Translations under genes and position numbers: made by a program | Notes under the pieces: model-generated | Databases searched by the model: none | Told to the model about the DNA's origin: nothing | The model's input: only the letters and a program-made list of their open reading frames with translations | Assembly (NCBI GenBank): GCA_002269645.1 | Contig: NIVC01003355.1 | Coordinates: 38,621 to 102,620, forward strand | Direction of reading: 5' to 3' | Length of the DNA: 64,000 nucleotides | Origin: Macrostomum lignano | Lineage: Eukaryota | Shown: positions 1-12,297 of the stretch, one piece after another | How positions within the stretch are numbered: position 1 is the stretch's first letter | Layout: each line of letters starts with the position of its first letter

Positions 1-460
1 CCCATCTTTCACATTCCCCATCCTTCACATTCCCCATCCTTCACATTCCCCATCTTTTACGTTAACTATCTTTCACGTTCCCCATCACTCACATTCTCCA
101 TCCTTCACATTCCCCATCCTTCACATTCCCCATCTTTTACGTTAACTATGTTTCACGTTCCCCATCACTCACATTCCCCATTCTTCATATTCTCCATCCT
201 TCACATTCTCCATCACTCACATTCCCCTTCCTTCACAGTCCCCATCTTTCACATTCCCCATTTTTCACATTCCCCATCCTTCATATTCCCCATCCTTCAC
301 ATTCCCCATCTTTTACGTTAACTATCTTTTACGTTCCCCATCACTCACATTCCCCTTCCTTCACATTCCCCTTCCTTCACATTCCCCTTCCTTCACATTC
401 CCCTTCCTTCACAGTCCCCATCTTTCACATTCCCCATTTTTCACGTTCCCCATCCTTCAC
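1..460. repeat. 16-bp minisatellite (TTCACATTCCCCATCC) with recurring longer variant blocks
   Basis: Tandem copies are directly visible; the variant TTTTACGTTAACTAT recurs three times. Confidence 0.9.
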
Positions 461-883
461 ATCACATGGCATTGAGTGACTAGCTTTTAACTCGGGGATT
501 CTGTTAGAGACCGTAAAAAACTGGTACAGAAATGTTCGGACGTCCGAATCAAGTATGCGGTTCTGGCGGCCAATCAAAAGGCGTGCCGCCTGCCAGCCAT
601 TGGTTCGACTTCAGAACGGCTCTGTTGGAATTACATGTGTGATTAAAGTTACACACACGCCAGCTAACTATATCAATCTCTCTCTCTCAGAAAAAATTCA
701 ACTGGAAACATTTAAAGAACTTTTTTATTCGCAATAAAATTAATTTATCTTTATAGCCATCGACAAACTTGACAATTTTCAAAACAGCTCAGACATCGAG
801 GATTGGATTTCAAGTAAGTAAAAATAATTGGTTTTTGGCAAATTTTTATTTGGTTTTTGGCATCACATTTATGGCGCGTGCCG

Positions 884-1404
<521 letters not shown>

Positions 1405-1855
1405 GCATCAGTACATGAATATCACACCTACCTTATCAACTGCCATCAAATTTCGAGCCCCCTAGTTGAAAAACTTTAGCGCGTGCATTTATATCGCTGC
1501 AAGCAGAAAAAAAATTGGTTAAAGCTTCCTTTGCGCGTGTCGAAGAGTTCGGCAGTTCTTAAAAGCGCCGCTGGAACACCGCTCGCGTCTGTTCCTCTGA
1601 AATTTGCTACAATATATTGTTTAGTTGAACTTCGATTCATTCCCAGGAGAGCAGAAGTAGGGTGCGGGCAAGTCTGCTTCAGCGAGACAGTTAAAATTGA
1701 AAACCCACTCTGCAGCTCTGCGCTTGGCTTCTTATTCAGTTCAAATTCAAACCGAAATTCAAGTTTGCACCGAAGAAAATGGCTCAGTGATTAATGACTG
1801 TTTCGGCCGGAGCTGGTTGGATTGAGCTCTAATTGGTGAAGAAAGTTCAGATAAA

Positions 1856-3266
1856 ACCTCACTCTCAGCCTCACTATCACTCTCATTTTCACTCTCATTT
1901 TCACTCATTTTTACTCTCACTCACTCTCATTTTCATTATCACTCTCATTTTCATTCTCATTTTCACTCTCATTCTCACTCTCATTCTCACTCTCATTATC
2001 ACTCACATTTTCATTCTCACTCTCATTATCACTCTCATTCTCATTCTCACTCTCATTCTCACTCTCATTCTTAATCTCATTTTCACTCTCATTTTCACTC
2101 TCATTCTCACTCTTATTCTCATTCTCCTTCCCATTTTCATTGTCATTCTCATTCTTACTCTCATTCTCTCTCTCATTCTCACTCTCATTCTCACTCTCAC
2201 TCTCACTCTCATTCTTAATCTCATTTTCACTCTCATTTTCACTCTCATTCTCACTCTTATTCTCATTCTTACTCTCATTTTCACTCTCATTTTCACTCTC
2301 ATTCTCCTTCCCATTTTCATTGTCATTGTCATTCTCACTCTCATTCTCACTCTCATTCTCACTCTCATTCTCACTCTCACTCTCACTCTCATTCTTAATC
2401 TCATTTTCACTCTCATTTTCGCTCTCATTATCACACTCATTCTTATTTTCACTCTCATTCTCACTCTCACTCTCATTGTCACTCTCATTCTCACTCTCAC
2501 TCTCATTCTCACTCTCATTTTCACTCTCATTCTCATTCTCACTCTCATTGTCACTCTCATTCTCACTCTCACTCTCATTCTCACTCTCATTTTCACTCTC
2601 ATTCTCACTCTCACTCTCATTCTCACTCTCATTTTCACTCTCATTCTCATTCTCACTCTCATTGTCACTCTCATTCTCACTCTCACTCTCATTCTCACTC
2701 TCATTCTCATTCTCACTCTCATTTTCACTCTCATTCTCATTCTCACTCTCATTGTCACTCTCATTCTCACTCTCACTCTCATTCTCACTCTCATTTTCAC
2801 TCTCATTCTCATTCTCACTCTCATTTTCACTCTCATTCTCATTCTCACTCTCATTTTCACTCTCATTCTCATTCTCACTCTCATTCTCACTCTCATTCTC
2901 ATTCTCACTCTCATTTTCACTCTCATTCTCATTCTCACTCTCATTGTCACTCTCATTCTCACTCTCACTCTCATTTTCACTCTCATTCTCATTCTCACTC
3001 TCATTGTCACTCTCATTCTCACTCTCACTCTCATTCTCACTCTCATTTTCACTCTCATTCTCATTCTCACTCTCATTGTCACTCTCATTCTCACTCTCAC
3101 TCTCATTCTCACTCTCACTCTCACTCTCATTTTCACTTCCATTCTAACTCTTACTCTCATTTTCATTTTCACTCTTATTTTCACTCTCATTCTCATTTTC
3201 ACTCTCATTTTCACTCTCATTCTCATTCTCACTCTCATTTTCACTCTCATTCTCATTCTCACTCTC
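1856..3266. repeat. Hexamer-based repeat (CACTCT/CATTCT/CATTTT)n
   Basis: Direct inspection; accounts for the LTLI/MRVR ORFs. Confidence 0.96.
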
Positions 3267-3819
3267 ATCATTATTATCTAGATAGAAATTTGGTTCGAAA
3301 CAATTCTTAGAAAGATGTCTTCGTCTGCTATCTGACCACCCAGGCAGGTTTTGTATAAAATAATTTTTCTTTTAGCTAAACACTCCAAATTTGGCTGACC
3401 AAAATGTGCCAACCCAACAAATCTTAAGCTTTATGAAAGCTACACGCCAGATGATGGCCTTTTAGTGCGCCTGTAAATAAGACATATTTACACTATTTTT
3501 ACACATTTTTACGTTTGTATCTCTACCGCATGCTTAGAAATTGCTTCTAGACATCTTCAACAACATTTTAAGTGGCTGGTATCGTATCGAAATATGATAC
3601 TTTGGCTCCATTCAAATAAGACTGATTTGTTTTTTTTTTCAGTCTGTTTGAGTCAGAATTTTGCTGTGAACTCAATATCGATCTTCAACTGAAACAGATC
3701 AAGAACTTCGATGCCAATGGATGAGTGAGAGTGACGGAGTGTGACGGAGTGTGACCGTGAATCTGTAGTATAGAATAATAGGACAGCATTTAAACTATTT
3801 TTCACTGCCATCTGTCATC

Positions 3820-3835
3820 TGACAGACAGCCTGAA

Positions 3836-3867
<32 letters not shown>

Positions 3868-3997
3868 CCAGACAGACAGCCAGGCAGACAGACAGACAGG
3901 CAGACGACAGACGCACAGACAGACAGACAGACAGACAGACAGCCAGACAGCCAGACAGACAGCCAGGCAGACAGACAGACAGGCAGACGACAGACGC

Positions 3998-4072
<75 letters not shown>

Positions 4073-4075
4073 GGC

Positions 4076-4136
<61 letters not shown>

Positions 4137-4152
4137 GGCAGACGACAGACGC

Positions 4153-4227
<75 letters not shown>

Positions 4228-4230
4228 GGC

Positions 4231-4301
<71 letters not shown>
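3820..4301. repeat. (CAGA)n microsatellite
   Basis: Direct inspection; same motif as 884-1404, opposite orientation. Confidence 0.96.
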
Positions 4302-5125
4302 TAACAAACAAATCAAAGAGTCTGTTTTTGCTTTACAAAATCTGTCAGGAAGTACAGTTACGAGTAAAGCAGAACGAAATGACAATTCCTAATGTCAAAT
4401 ATTAACATCTCATCACAGAATGGCGGATATTCTGTGTATTCCCCATTTTCCCCTTGCCCACCCAGCATCCGCCGATGCAGCATGGCAGGGTAGGGGTAAA
4501 CTGTTCAATAAAATTCTTTCACAGAATAAAGATCCGCTGGCAGGCAGAGCAGTGCGGAGAAGTTCTGCTACATTGAAGCTTCACAAGCGCCCCCCCTGTC
4601 AGAAATCTGGTTCAAAGTATGAAAGAAAAAGAGATCGAAATACTACTACTAAGCTATATTCGCGCGCGCAAGACCCGCTGAAGGCTCTGCTTTATGCAAC
4701 TAGATTATGCTACGGGAAACCCATACTTAGTCGGCAAAGCCCCAATCGTACATGCAAAAAATAAACAATGCGGGGTTAGCATTGTCAAGAAAAAAAAACA
4801 TTTTTTCTTGGCGTATAGCTACGCCCACAATGAATGAATGCAGGCTACACATGTGCAAGTGTATATGAGATAAAAAACTGCTCTTTAAAAACCTCTTTGA
4901 ATTCGCCGGCAGCATACTAATAGTTATTTTTTATAGTTTCTGGTACTCATGCACTCTTGTAGAAGTCAGACTTTTCGGTGGAATCCAGTTGTCATGACTA
5001 GGCAATGTAAGGAATGGAATTGAAATCGATGCTTGCTGATAGTTGAGTGCTATTTGAGCGATTTTTTGTTTAATCAAACTGTGTTTGTCTGTTCCTCTCT
5101 CTCTATATACCCCTTCCTTAATTAA

Positions 5126-5378
5126 TTTAATAATTGATTACACCTGCCCTAATGGGCAGATGTGCAACCGACAGCTCAGCCGCAGCTATTGCGCGGCGCA
5201 TCTGAAGAAGCCACACACACACACACACCCTCAATTACCCCAGCTAATGCTGGCACCCATTTTACAGCTGGGTGAACTGAAGCAATGCAGAGTTAAGTGT
5301 CTTGCTCAAGGACACAAATTGTTCCGAATGGCATCGGGAATCGAACCCCCGACGCTCTAACCACTAGGCTACCACCAT
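5126..5378 (-). mobile_element. tRNA-headed SINE with CORE(MIR)-like central domain, copy 1
   Basis: Minus strand has an A-box (TAGCCTAGTGG), a B-box (GGTTCGATTCC), then GTGTCCTTGAGCAAGACACTTAAC...CAGCTGTAAAATGGG resembling the MIR/CORE domain. Homologous to 10385-10700. Confidence 0.8.
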
Positions 5379-5382
5379 CCAC

Positions 5383-5720
5383 CAACCCCTCCTTAGCTCT
5401 CTCTTACCCCCCCCCCAAAACCCTCCTTAGCTCTCTCTACCCTCCACAACCCCTCCTTAGCTCTCTCTACCCTCCACAACCCCTCCTTAGCTCTCTCTAC
5501 CCTCCACAAACCCCTCCTTAGCTCTCTCTACCCTCCACAACCCCTCCTTAGCTCTCTCTACCCTCCACAACCCCTCCTTAGCTCTCTCTACCCTCCAAAA
5601 CCCCTCCTTAGCTCTCTCTACCCTCCACAACCCCTCCTTAGCTCCCTCACCCTCCAGCAACCCCTCCTTAGCTCTCTCTACCCTCCACAAACCCTCCTTA
5701 GCTCTCTCTACCCTCCACCA
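5383..5720. repeat. About 30-bp minisatellite (CCCTCCTTAGCTCTCTCTACCCTCCACAAC)
   Basis: About 10 tandem copies directly next to the SINE 5' end. Confidence 0.93.
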
Positions 5721-6239
5721 ACTCCTACTCTACCCTTTCCTTAACTCTCCTATTGATCCTGTTTGTTTGTCAACCTTCTCAGATTTTGCAACCACATAAC
5801 CTGCTAGGGCAAAAAATAAGTGAGAGCAAGTTCAGTTTTCGTTACTACATATATTGTATACCGTAGAAGTCTATTTGTAAATAAGCATTGTAGCAAGGTA
5901 CAATTGTTGTTCTACAGCTTTGCAGCCTAAATGTATCCATATTTAATTGTTAGCTATATAAAAATATAGCGATATATTATTATTAGAACGTGTGAGAAAC
6001 TGAAAGTGGAGAAGAAGGTGCACACTGTGGCTTAAGGTTCTGTATATTGCATGCATATCTAGCCATTTTGCTGTTGGATACTGTGCGATGATGGATAGGA
6101 CTCTGGGGCCTGATGATAGCCTGTTGCGCTGATTTTGTACAGAGAATTTCAGTTCGGATTATTGCTGATTTTTTCAGGCCCATAATAATTATTCTCATAT
6201 GTAGTCAGAGCTCTGATTGTAAGTTTCATATTGCACCGA

Positions 6240-7010
6240 GAGGGAGGACAGGGGCGGAATGAAGGAGGACAGGGGCGGAATGAAAAAATACAGTGGCGGA
6301 TTAAAGGAGAACAGTGGCGGATTAAAGGAGAACAGGGGCGGAATAAAGGAGAACAGGGGCGTAATAAAGGAGGACAGGGGCGGAATAAAGGAGGACAGGG
6401 GCGGAATGAAGGAGAACAGGGGCGGAATGAAAAAATACAGGAGCAGAATGAAGTAGGATAGGGGCGGAATGAAGTAAGAAGGGGCGGAATGAAAGAGGAT
6501 AAAGGCGGAATGAAGTAGCACAAGGGCGGAATAAAGGAGGACAGGGGCGGAATGAAGAGGACAGGGGCGGAATGAAGTAGCACAAGGGTGGAATAAAGGA
6601 GGACAGGGGCGGAATGAAAGAGGATAGGGGCGGAATGAAGTAGCACAGGGGCGGAATGAAGTAGGAAAAGGGAGGAATGAAAGAGGACAGGGCGGAATGA
6701 AGTAGGATAAGGGCGGAATGAAGTAGCACAAGGGCGGAATAAAGGAGGACAGGGGCGGAATGAAGAGGACAGGGGCGGAATGAAGTAGCACAAGGGTGGA
6801 ATAAAGGAGGACAGGGGCGGAATGAAAGAGGATAGGGGCGGAATGAAGTAGCACAGGGGCGGAATGAAGTAGGAAAAGGGAGGAATGAAAGAGGACAGGG
6901 CGGAATGAAGTAGGATAAGGGCGGAATGAAGGAAGACAGGGGCGGAATGAAGTAGGATAAGGGCGGAATGAAGTAGGACAGGGGCGGAATGAAAGAAGAC
7001 AGGGCGGAAA
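6240..7010. repeat. About 21-bp purine-rich minisatellite (GGAGGACAGGGGCGGAATGAA)
   Basis: Direct inspection. Confidence 0.92.
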
Positions 7011-7281
7011 GCGAATGACATGGCTGACACATTATCTCACACAAAAAAGCTCATAAAAGTTCTCACAATACAAGCCAAAAGGATAAAATACATAATTTAA
7101 CCAATTATAACTGTCTTTCAATTTTCAGACTGTCAAGGGCTAACATCTCAGATCCCAGTGAAGAATGACGATGCGGTCGGGTTAGAAAGACTTCGCAATG
7201 TCAAAGCATTGAGTGATCCAGAAAACATCAACTTCGTTTTCCGTTGAGAGTTTCTAAGAAATCGCTTTACTTTTTCAAACT

Positions 7282-7419
7282 ATGGAGGATTCAGACAGCA
7301 AAAGCAAGCAGTCAGCCAAAGAGTGCCGCAAGAGGAAGAAGCTGAGATACCAGACTCTCGAAGCAATCGCTCAACGAGAGGAGGCGGCCATAGCCGTGCT
7401 CTATCAGGAACTGGAGCAG
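7282..7419 (+). CDS. CREBL2: CREBL2/REPTOR-BP-like bZIP protein, exon with basic region and zipper
   Basis: SKQSAKECRKRKKLRYQTLEAIAQREEAAIAVLYQELEQ closely matches the CREBL2 bZIP as I recall it ([38 protein letters not shown]). Donor CAG|GTGAGG at 7420, phase 0. The true start could lie in an upstream exon. Confidence 0.8.
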
Positions 7420-7715
7420 GTGAGGAATTCTACTGACGGAAAATCTCTATTTTTTACTTCCAGTAGTAAAAGCTGACGAGAATAAACCGTTCACACAAAA
7501 AGTGCATTGAAAACACATTGGAAAATCTATGTCGCTTTGCATTAAACTTTTTCCTGTCGCAAATTTTCATTATTAAACTCGATAGACTGCTGAGAACACC
7601 TCAGATCAAGCAGCTTACATGTAATCACTTCAAATTGTCCTTAGGAATTCTGGAAGGCGAGCATTTTATTAAGTAGTTCCGACAAAAGAGTGCTAATGAA
7701 ATGTTTCTTTTTATA

Positions 7716-8177
7716 GGGGATTTAGCACCAGGGGCTTTAGCACCAGGGGCTTTAGCACCAGGGGCTTTAGCACCAGGGGATTTAGCACCAGGGGCTTTAG
7801 CACCAGGGGCTTTAGCACCAGGGGCTTTAGCACCAGGGGCTTTAGCACCAGGGGCTTTAGCACCAGGGGCTTTAGCACCAGGGGCCTTAGCACCAGGGGC
7901 TTTAGCACCAGGGGCTTTAGCACCAGGGGCTTTAGCACCAGGGGCTTTAGCACCAGGGGCTTTAGCACCAGGGGCTTTAGCACCAGGGGCTTTAGCACCA
8001 GGGGCTTTAGCACCAGGGGCTTTAGCACCAGGGGCTTTAGCACCAGGGGCTTTAGCACCAGGGGCTTTAGCACCAGGGGCTTTAGCACCAGGGGCTTTAG
8101 CACCAGGGGCTTTAGCACCAGGGGCTTTAGCACCAGGGGCTTTAGCACCAGGGGCTTTAGCACCAGGGGCTTTAGCC
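7716..8177. repeat. 15-bp minisatellite (TTTAGCACCAGGGGC), about 31 near-identical copies, in intron 1 of the bZIP gene
   Basis: Direct inspection; same unit occurs inverted at 44455-45548. Confidence 0.97.
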
Positions 8178-8266
8178 ACTAGGGGCGCCAATGCACTGAG
8201 TTGCTGGGCAAAAAACAGGCATAAATGCCACTTTAAGCACACATTAACCCCCCCACCCTGCACCAG

Positions 8267-8643
8267 ATGAAGTTGCTATTCGAGCAGCTGGATCGCGGCG
8301 AAGTCACACTGGCCGAAGCTCGTCTCCGAGTGACGCACCTGCGCAGAAAGGCCCCACCAGGCGCCAAATCATTTGTGGCGCCGTTGGATTCGGAGGCGGC
8401 GCAGCCGTCGAAGAAACCGCAAGCGCCGCCGAGGCAGTGTCGGCCGGCATCGAAACGCCGCCGATATCTGAACGCGCCAATCCGTCAGGATGTGTCAGTT
8501 GAAGGTCATCAGTCCGGTGTTGATTGTACATCTTCTACTGCTGATGATGGGGCATTTGCCGGCTTTCAGCAGCCAGTGATCTTGGCAGATGCAACTGCGG
8601 AACAGATTTACCATGCAACAGATCAGCTGATTCCCACTGGAAG
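8267..8643 (+). CDS. CREBL2: CREBL2-like gene, exon 2
   Basis: Acceptor CACCAG|ATG in phase 0; MKLLFEQLDRGEV aligns with the CREBL2 post-zipper segment (…MDQGKIP); donor AAG|GTATGA at 8644, phase 2. Confidence 0.72.
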
Positions 8644-8952
8644 GTATGAGAGTACTCGTAATTCATAGAATTGAGTTTAATTGGCACGATAATTGGCTCA
8701 GGGGGTTGTTAGTGCGATTGACAGCCATGAGGACCAACTCCCAAGGCACAGAGAGTGTACATGGCTGGCCTGACGATTCGAAAGTCAAAAAACCGCTATA
8801 AGTATAGTATAGTATAAGCCGTCAGCTCTGGTTGTCGCCGAGAAATCAGATGCACTGATTTTATTATTGCATACTTCTATTTCCATTGTTTTCCTCCAAT
8901 CCGCATGTAAATTATAACCGCTACATTTCGCAACAAAAATACGGCTTTACAG

Positions 8953-9412
8953 GTGCTCTGCAGGTGCTGCGCAGGAATGTGAGCAGCAACTACAATTGGA
9001 CCAGGCTCAACTACATTCAGGCTCAGATTGCATTAGCAGAAGTAGCTTAGTGTCTGACTGCAAAACCTATCAGCATCTGTACCACGACACGTCATTTCAT
9101 TGGTACTCGGACTCTCACTATCACCATCAGGCTCAGGAGCCGCCAATGGCGTACTCACAAACTACATGTACTCTGTACCAGCACCAGCTTCAGTACCCAC
9201 AGCAGCAGCAGCAGCAGCAGCAGCAGCATCCGCCGGAGTTCAACTACCATCAACACGACCAACAGTTCTGGTACGACGAGGCTGCGACAATGCAGTTCCA
9301 ACAACAATTTCAGCCACATCCGGGTTCAACCGCGGTCGAACTGCATCAACTCCAGTGTAGCAGTGTCGCGGAAACACTTGGCTATATTAACAACCAGGCT
9401 TCGATAGCGTAG
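8953..9412 (+). CDS. CREBL2: CREBL2-like gene, exon 3 (Q/H/Y-rich, polyQ; stop followed by two more TAG)
   Basis: Acceptor CTTTACAG|G; phase 2 joins exactly into the frame of ORF 8996-9412. Spliced total is 975 nt, or 324 aa. Confidence 0.65.
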
Positions 9413-10384
9413 TAGTAGAGCTGGCGTAAAAATTACCTATCATTGTTTTTAGCGAATGCATATATAAAATTTAGTTTTTGATAAACATGTAGCATCATAA
9501 TGGCATGTTCTGCAAACGTTTTCATGGAATTTCCTTGGAAAATCCATGGATAAAAACTGCAGTGTGAATTTAACTGTGTATAAAGTTAGGAAGACTGAAT
9601 CTGATTACGAAAATTCCTTACAAATAGTTACTCATAGAGGCTATTCGCAAGGTAGTCCCTCTCCTTGCTTTTATTAATTTAGAAGTGCTTTCGGTAAAAC
9701 AAAAATTAATTAAAATTTAAATCCTCGACGTAGCCTGTTTGTTTAGGTGAGTTTTTTTAAACGTCGGAAATCTCTATCTTTTGCTAAAATGACTAAAAAA
9801 AGTCTAAATTACTTATCTAAATTATCCGGCTTCTTGGCTACTGTACAAATATCCACTACGAGCGTATCTGGCTTTTACTACGAGATGCTTAAAATAAATT
9901 GTGGCCTTTTAAAAAATTGCATGAATAAACGGCTTCCATATTTGTAGGAGCGAATGTACATGAACCCCCTATATTCGCAACTATTTCTTTTTCTGTTACG
10001 CAATGTCATGTACTATGTATTTGCACTTTTGTATCAATTGTAATAAATGACTCCAGAACTACGAGTATCTACATGCCGGCCGATATCAATTGAAAATGTA
10101 GCTAAAATTTTGTAGCTATATATATATATAAATATATACTTTGTTAATTAAATGTCATGTATGAAAATTATCTATATTATCCAAGTAAAGAAGTATGCAA
10201 TGTAATCATCTGAATTTTGATATAGCTGTAATTATATATTTTAACAGCAATAAATTTCATTGAATTAAATAGTACAGATGGTTTTGAATAAAAATTCGTG
10301 AGACGTTCTGTTTTACATTTTCTTCAGATTTCTACACTTATTTTTCAGTATTTTTTAGATACTACTATGGGGCTTGTAGCCCTC

Positions 10385-10700
10385 ACGACTTGAAGGTCGG
10401 GGTTTCGATTCCCGATCCCACTCGGAAAAATGTGTGCCCTTGAGCAAGACAATTAACTCTGCATTGCTTCAGTTCACCCAGCTGTAAAATGGGTGCCAGC
10501 ATTAGCTGGGGTAATTGAGACTGTGTGTGGCGACCCCCCAGTCCCTGGACTTGGACTGAACAGCCGTACGCAGCCTTCAGATGCACCGCGCAAATATAGC
10601 TGCGGCTGAGCTGTCGGTTGCACATCTGCCCAATTAGGTGGAGGCGTAATCTACTACTACTATTACTATTATTATTATTATTATTATAGTATATTATAAC
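10385..10700 (+). mobile_element. tRNA-headed CORE-like SINE, copy 2, with (TAC/TAT)n tail
   Basis: Degenerate B-box GGTTTCGATTCCC, CORE-like block nearly identical to 5126-5378, and a 3' simple-repeat tail. Confidence 0.8.
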
Positions 10701-10759
10701 CAAGTCAACGCGGGAGCACGGGAATTTCCCGCGGGGGTTTTCATTCGGAATTTCGACTG

Positions 10760-11176
10760 GAAAAACGGAAGAACAAAGAACGGGACAGCGGGAGCCTCAG
10801 CAGAAAGCATTCGAGAAGTTCAAGCGTCTTTTGCTCGAGTCCCCGGTGATGTGGCTCGAAGGCTCGGTACAAAGGGTGCCCCACAGAGATCCGGGTTCGC
10901 TTACTGACTCTGGCTACGGTCGATTCCAACGAACTGCATACGACGCTGAGTCGGTAGGGACTAGGCGGATCGAGCGTACGACGCACGACGGCTCCCAACA
11001 AGCGTACTACGCACACTGGTGGAGGTGGGGATTGGCGTATCCGACGCTTCAACCGCCTCTAGAGGGTGCCTAGGGCTAGCCCAAACAAAGGACAAACGCA
11101 GAGTCGAAGGCCGCTACCAGTTTTGAGGTCACGGTACGACGAGCGGCTTAGACCGAGCCGGATCACCGCGGATCGG
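10760..11176 (+). pseudogene. Highly degenerate Gypsy RT/RNase H junction sequence
   Basis: Translates to QQKAFEKFKRLLLESPV and LTDSGYG (resembling TDASxYG); near 11115-11176 there is a frameshifted PVL..YD..ITAD-like segment that resumes at 12298. Confidence 0.5.
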
Positions 11177-12297
11177 TGATATTAGATTGGATTTTATTTG
11201 AAGATCGTAGTAGACAACAAGTACACAATAGACCGTGCAGCGCGCACATCAATACCGTATAGGCTTTTATGAGTGCTGGGGCCGTAGCAGGGGACGTGCT
11301 CCCGTAGGGGACGGCGGCGGTGTCGGGTGAAAGGACGAGCGGCCGGCGAGGCCCTGCCCTCCTCAATTCCTCTGGGTTGGCTGGGTTGGAGGGTAATAGT
11401 GGATCGGGAAGGGCTGTGGGTAGCTGTATAGGAAGGCAGGCCTATACCTGTACCAAGGTGCTCTGACGGTATCCCTCAGGCGCCCTCTGAGCGTACAGCC
11501 AGCGACCCTATTAAAGCTGGAGTGTGCCAGAACCAGGACTGAGTCTGAGCAGGACGGGACCGTTGGCACGGTCACAATAGAAATGGCGGGTTGGCGAAGC
11601 AAAGGGTGAAACAGTCCCGGCGATTAGCCCTCCTGCCGCTTCAAAGATAAGAGACTGTCTGTTGGCAAGAGTACCCGGGGTCTAGTTGGGGGGGAGGCTC
11701 CTTCGGGTTGCCACGGCCTTGGGGGGCGGTCAATTGACCGGTTTTATTTGGCTTTTCTAACCCAGGAGTAGGCACGGGCTTCCCTGATTGGTTCTCTCAA
11801 CCCCCACGGGCCTCGGGGAGGTTTATGATTTGTTCCCGGGGGTAGAGGGGCGGTCGGCCCCAGCATGGTTGCCACGGCTCTAGGCCTTCGGGCCATCTCT
11901 AATAGGCTATGGGGCCTTCTAACCTGGTTTTTGGGCACGGGCTCCTGACTGGTTCGTCGAACCGCTACTGTCCCCCGGGGGAGGTTTGGTTTTTCTGATA
12001 CTGCCCTGTACAGTCCTCTATAGTCTAATTTGGCTTTTAGTGTACATTAGTACACTCCCAATCTGGAACTTATTTATCTCTAGTGGCGTAAGAGCCTTTT
12101 TACTTAGGCTGAGGCGCCGGAAGCACTTATCATAGTCATAGTCATAGGCCCTGCCCTCCTCAATTCCTCAACCAGCTATGAAAAGGGGGACAACACTGCA
12201 ACAGGGAACAAGAAAATGCCGGGTTGAAGCTAAGCGTGGGCTAGAGAGAATAACAAACATATGGAGGCAGAGTTGACGAGACGAAAGGGCTCAGCCA
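11177..12297 (-). mobile_element. Probable solo LTR (about 324 bp once the nested insert is removed)
   Basis: Minus strand runs TG...AATAAA...TATCA, with a TATA-like CATAAAAG. Flanked by ATCGG at 11172-11176 and 12298-12302 (5-bp TSD). The interrupted Gypsy RNase H rejoins across it. Confidence 0.55.
11373..12145 (+). mobile_element. 773-bp non-coding non-LTR retroposon (SINE-like or LINE 3' UTR)
   Basis: Exact 24-bp direct repeat AGGCCCTGCCCTCCTCAATTCCTC at 11349-11372 and 12146-12169; (CATAGT)n tail; terminal stem-loop at 12085-12118. Confidence 0.85.

Noticed and set aside
5300-5378. tRNA gene suggested by A and B boxes (also near 10395-10415)
   Set aside because: No cloverleaf, and it continues into a SINE body; these are SINE heads.
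8176-8190. CTCF-like GCCACTAGGGGCGCCA at the end of the 15-bp array
   Set aside because: It is one G short of the CTCF core spacing, it is a single instance, and CTCF is reported absent in studied flatworms.
8760-8790. CTGACGA…GAAA hammerhead-like string
   Set aside because: Stem II is only 3 nt and cannot pair, and there are no flanking stems.
10700-11160. Possible reversed or complemented (mirror) sequence, suggested by very high CpG/ACG content
   Set aside because: The reversed and complemented readings gave nothing recognisable, while the forward strand retains Gypsy RT/RNase H motifs.
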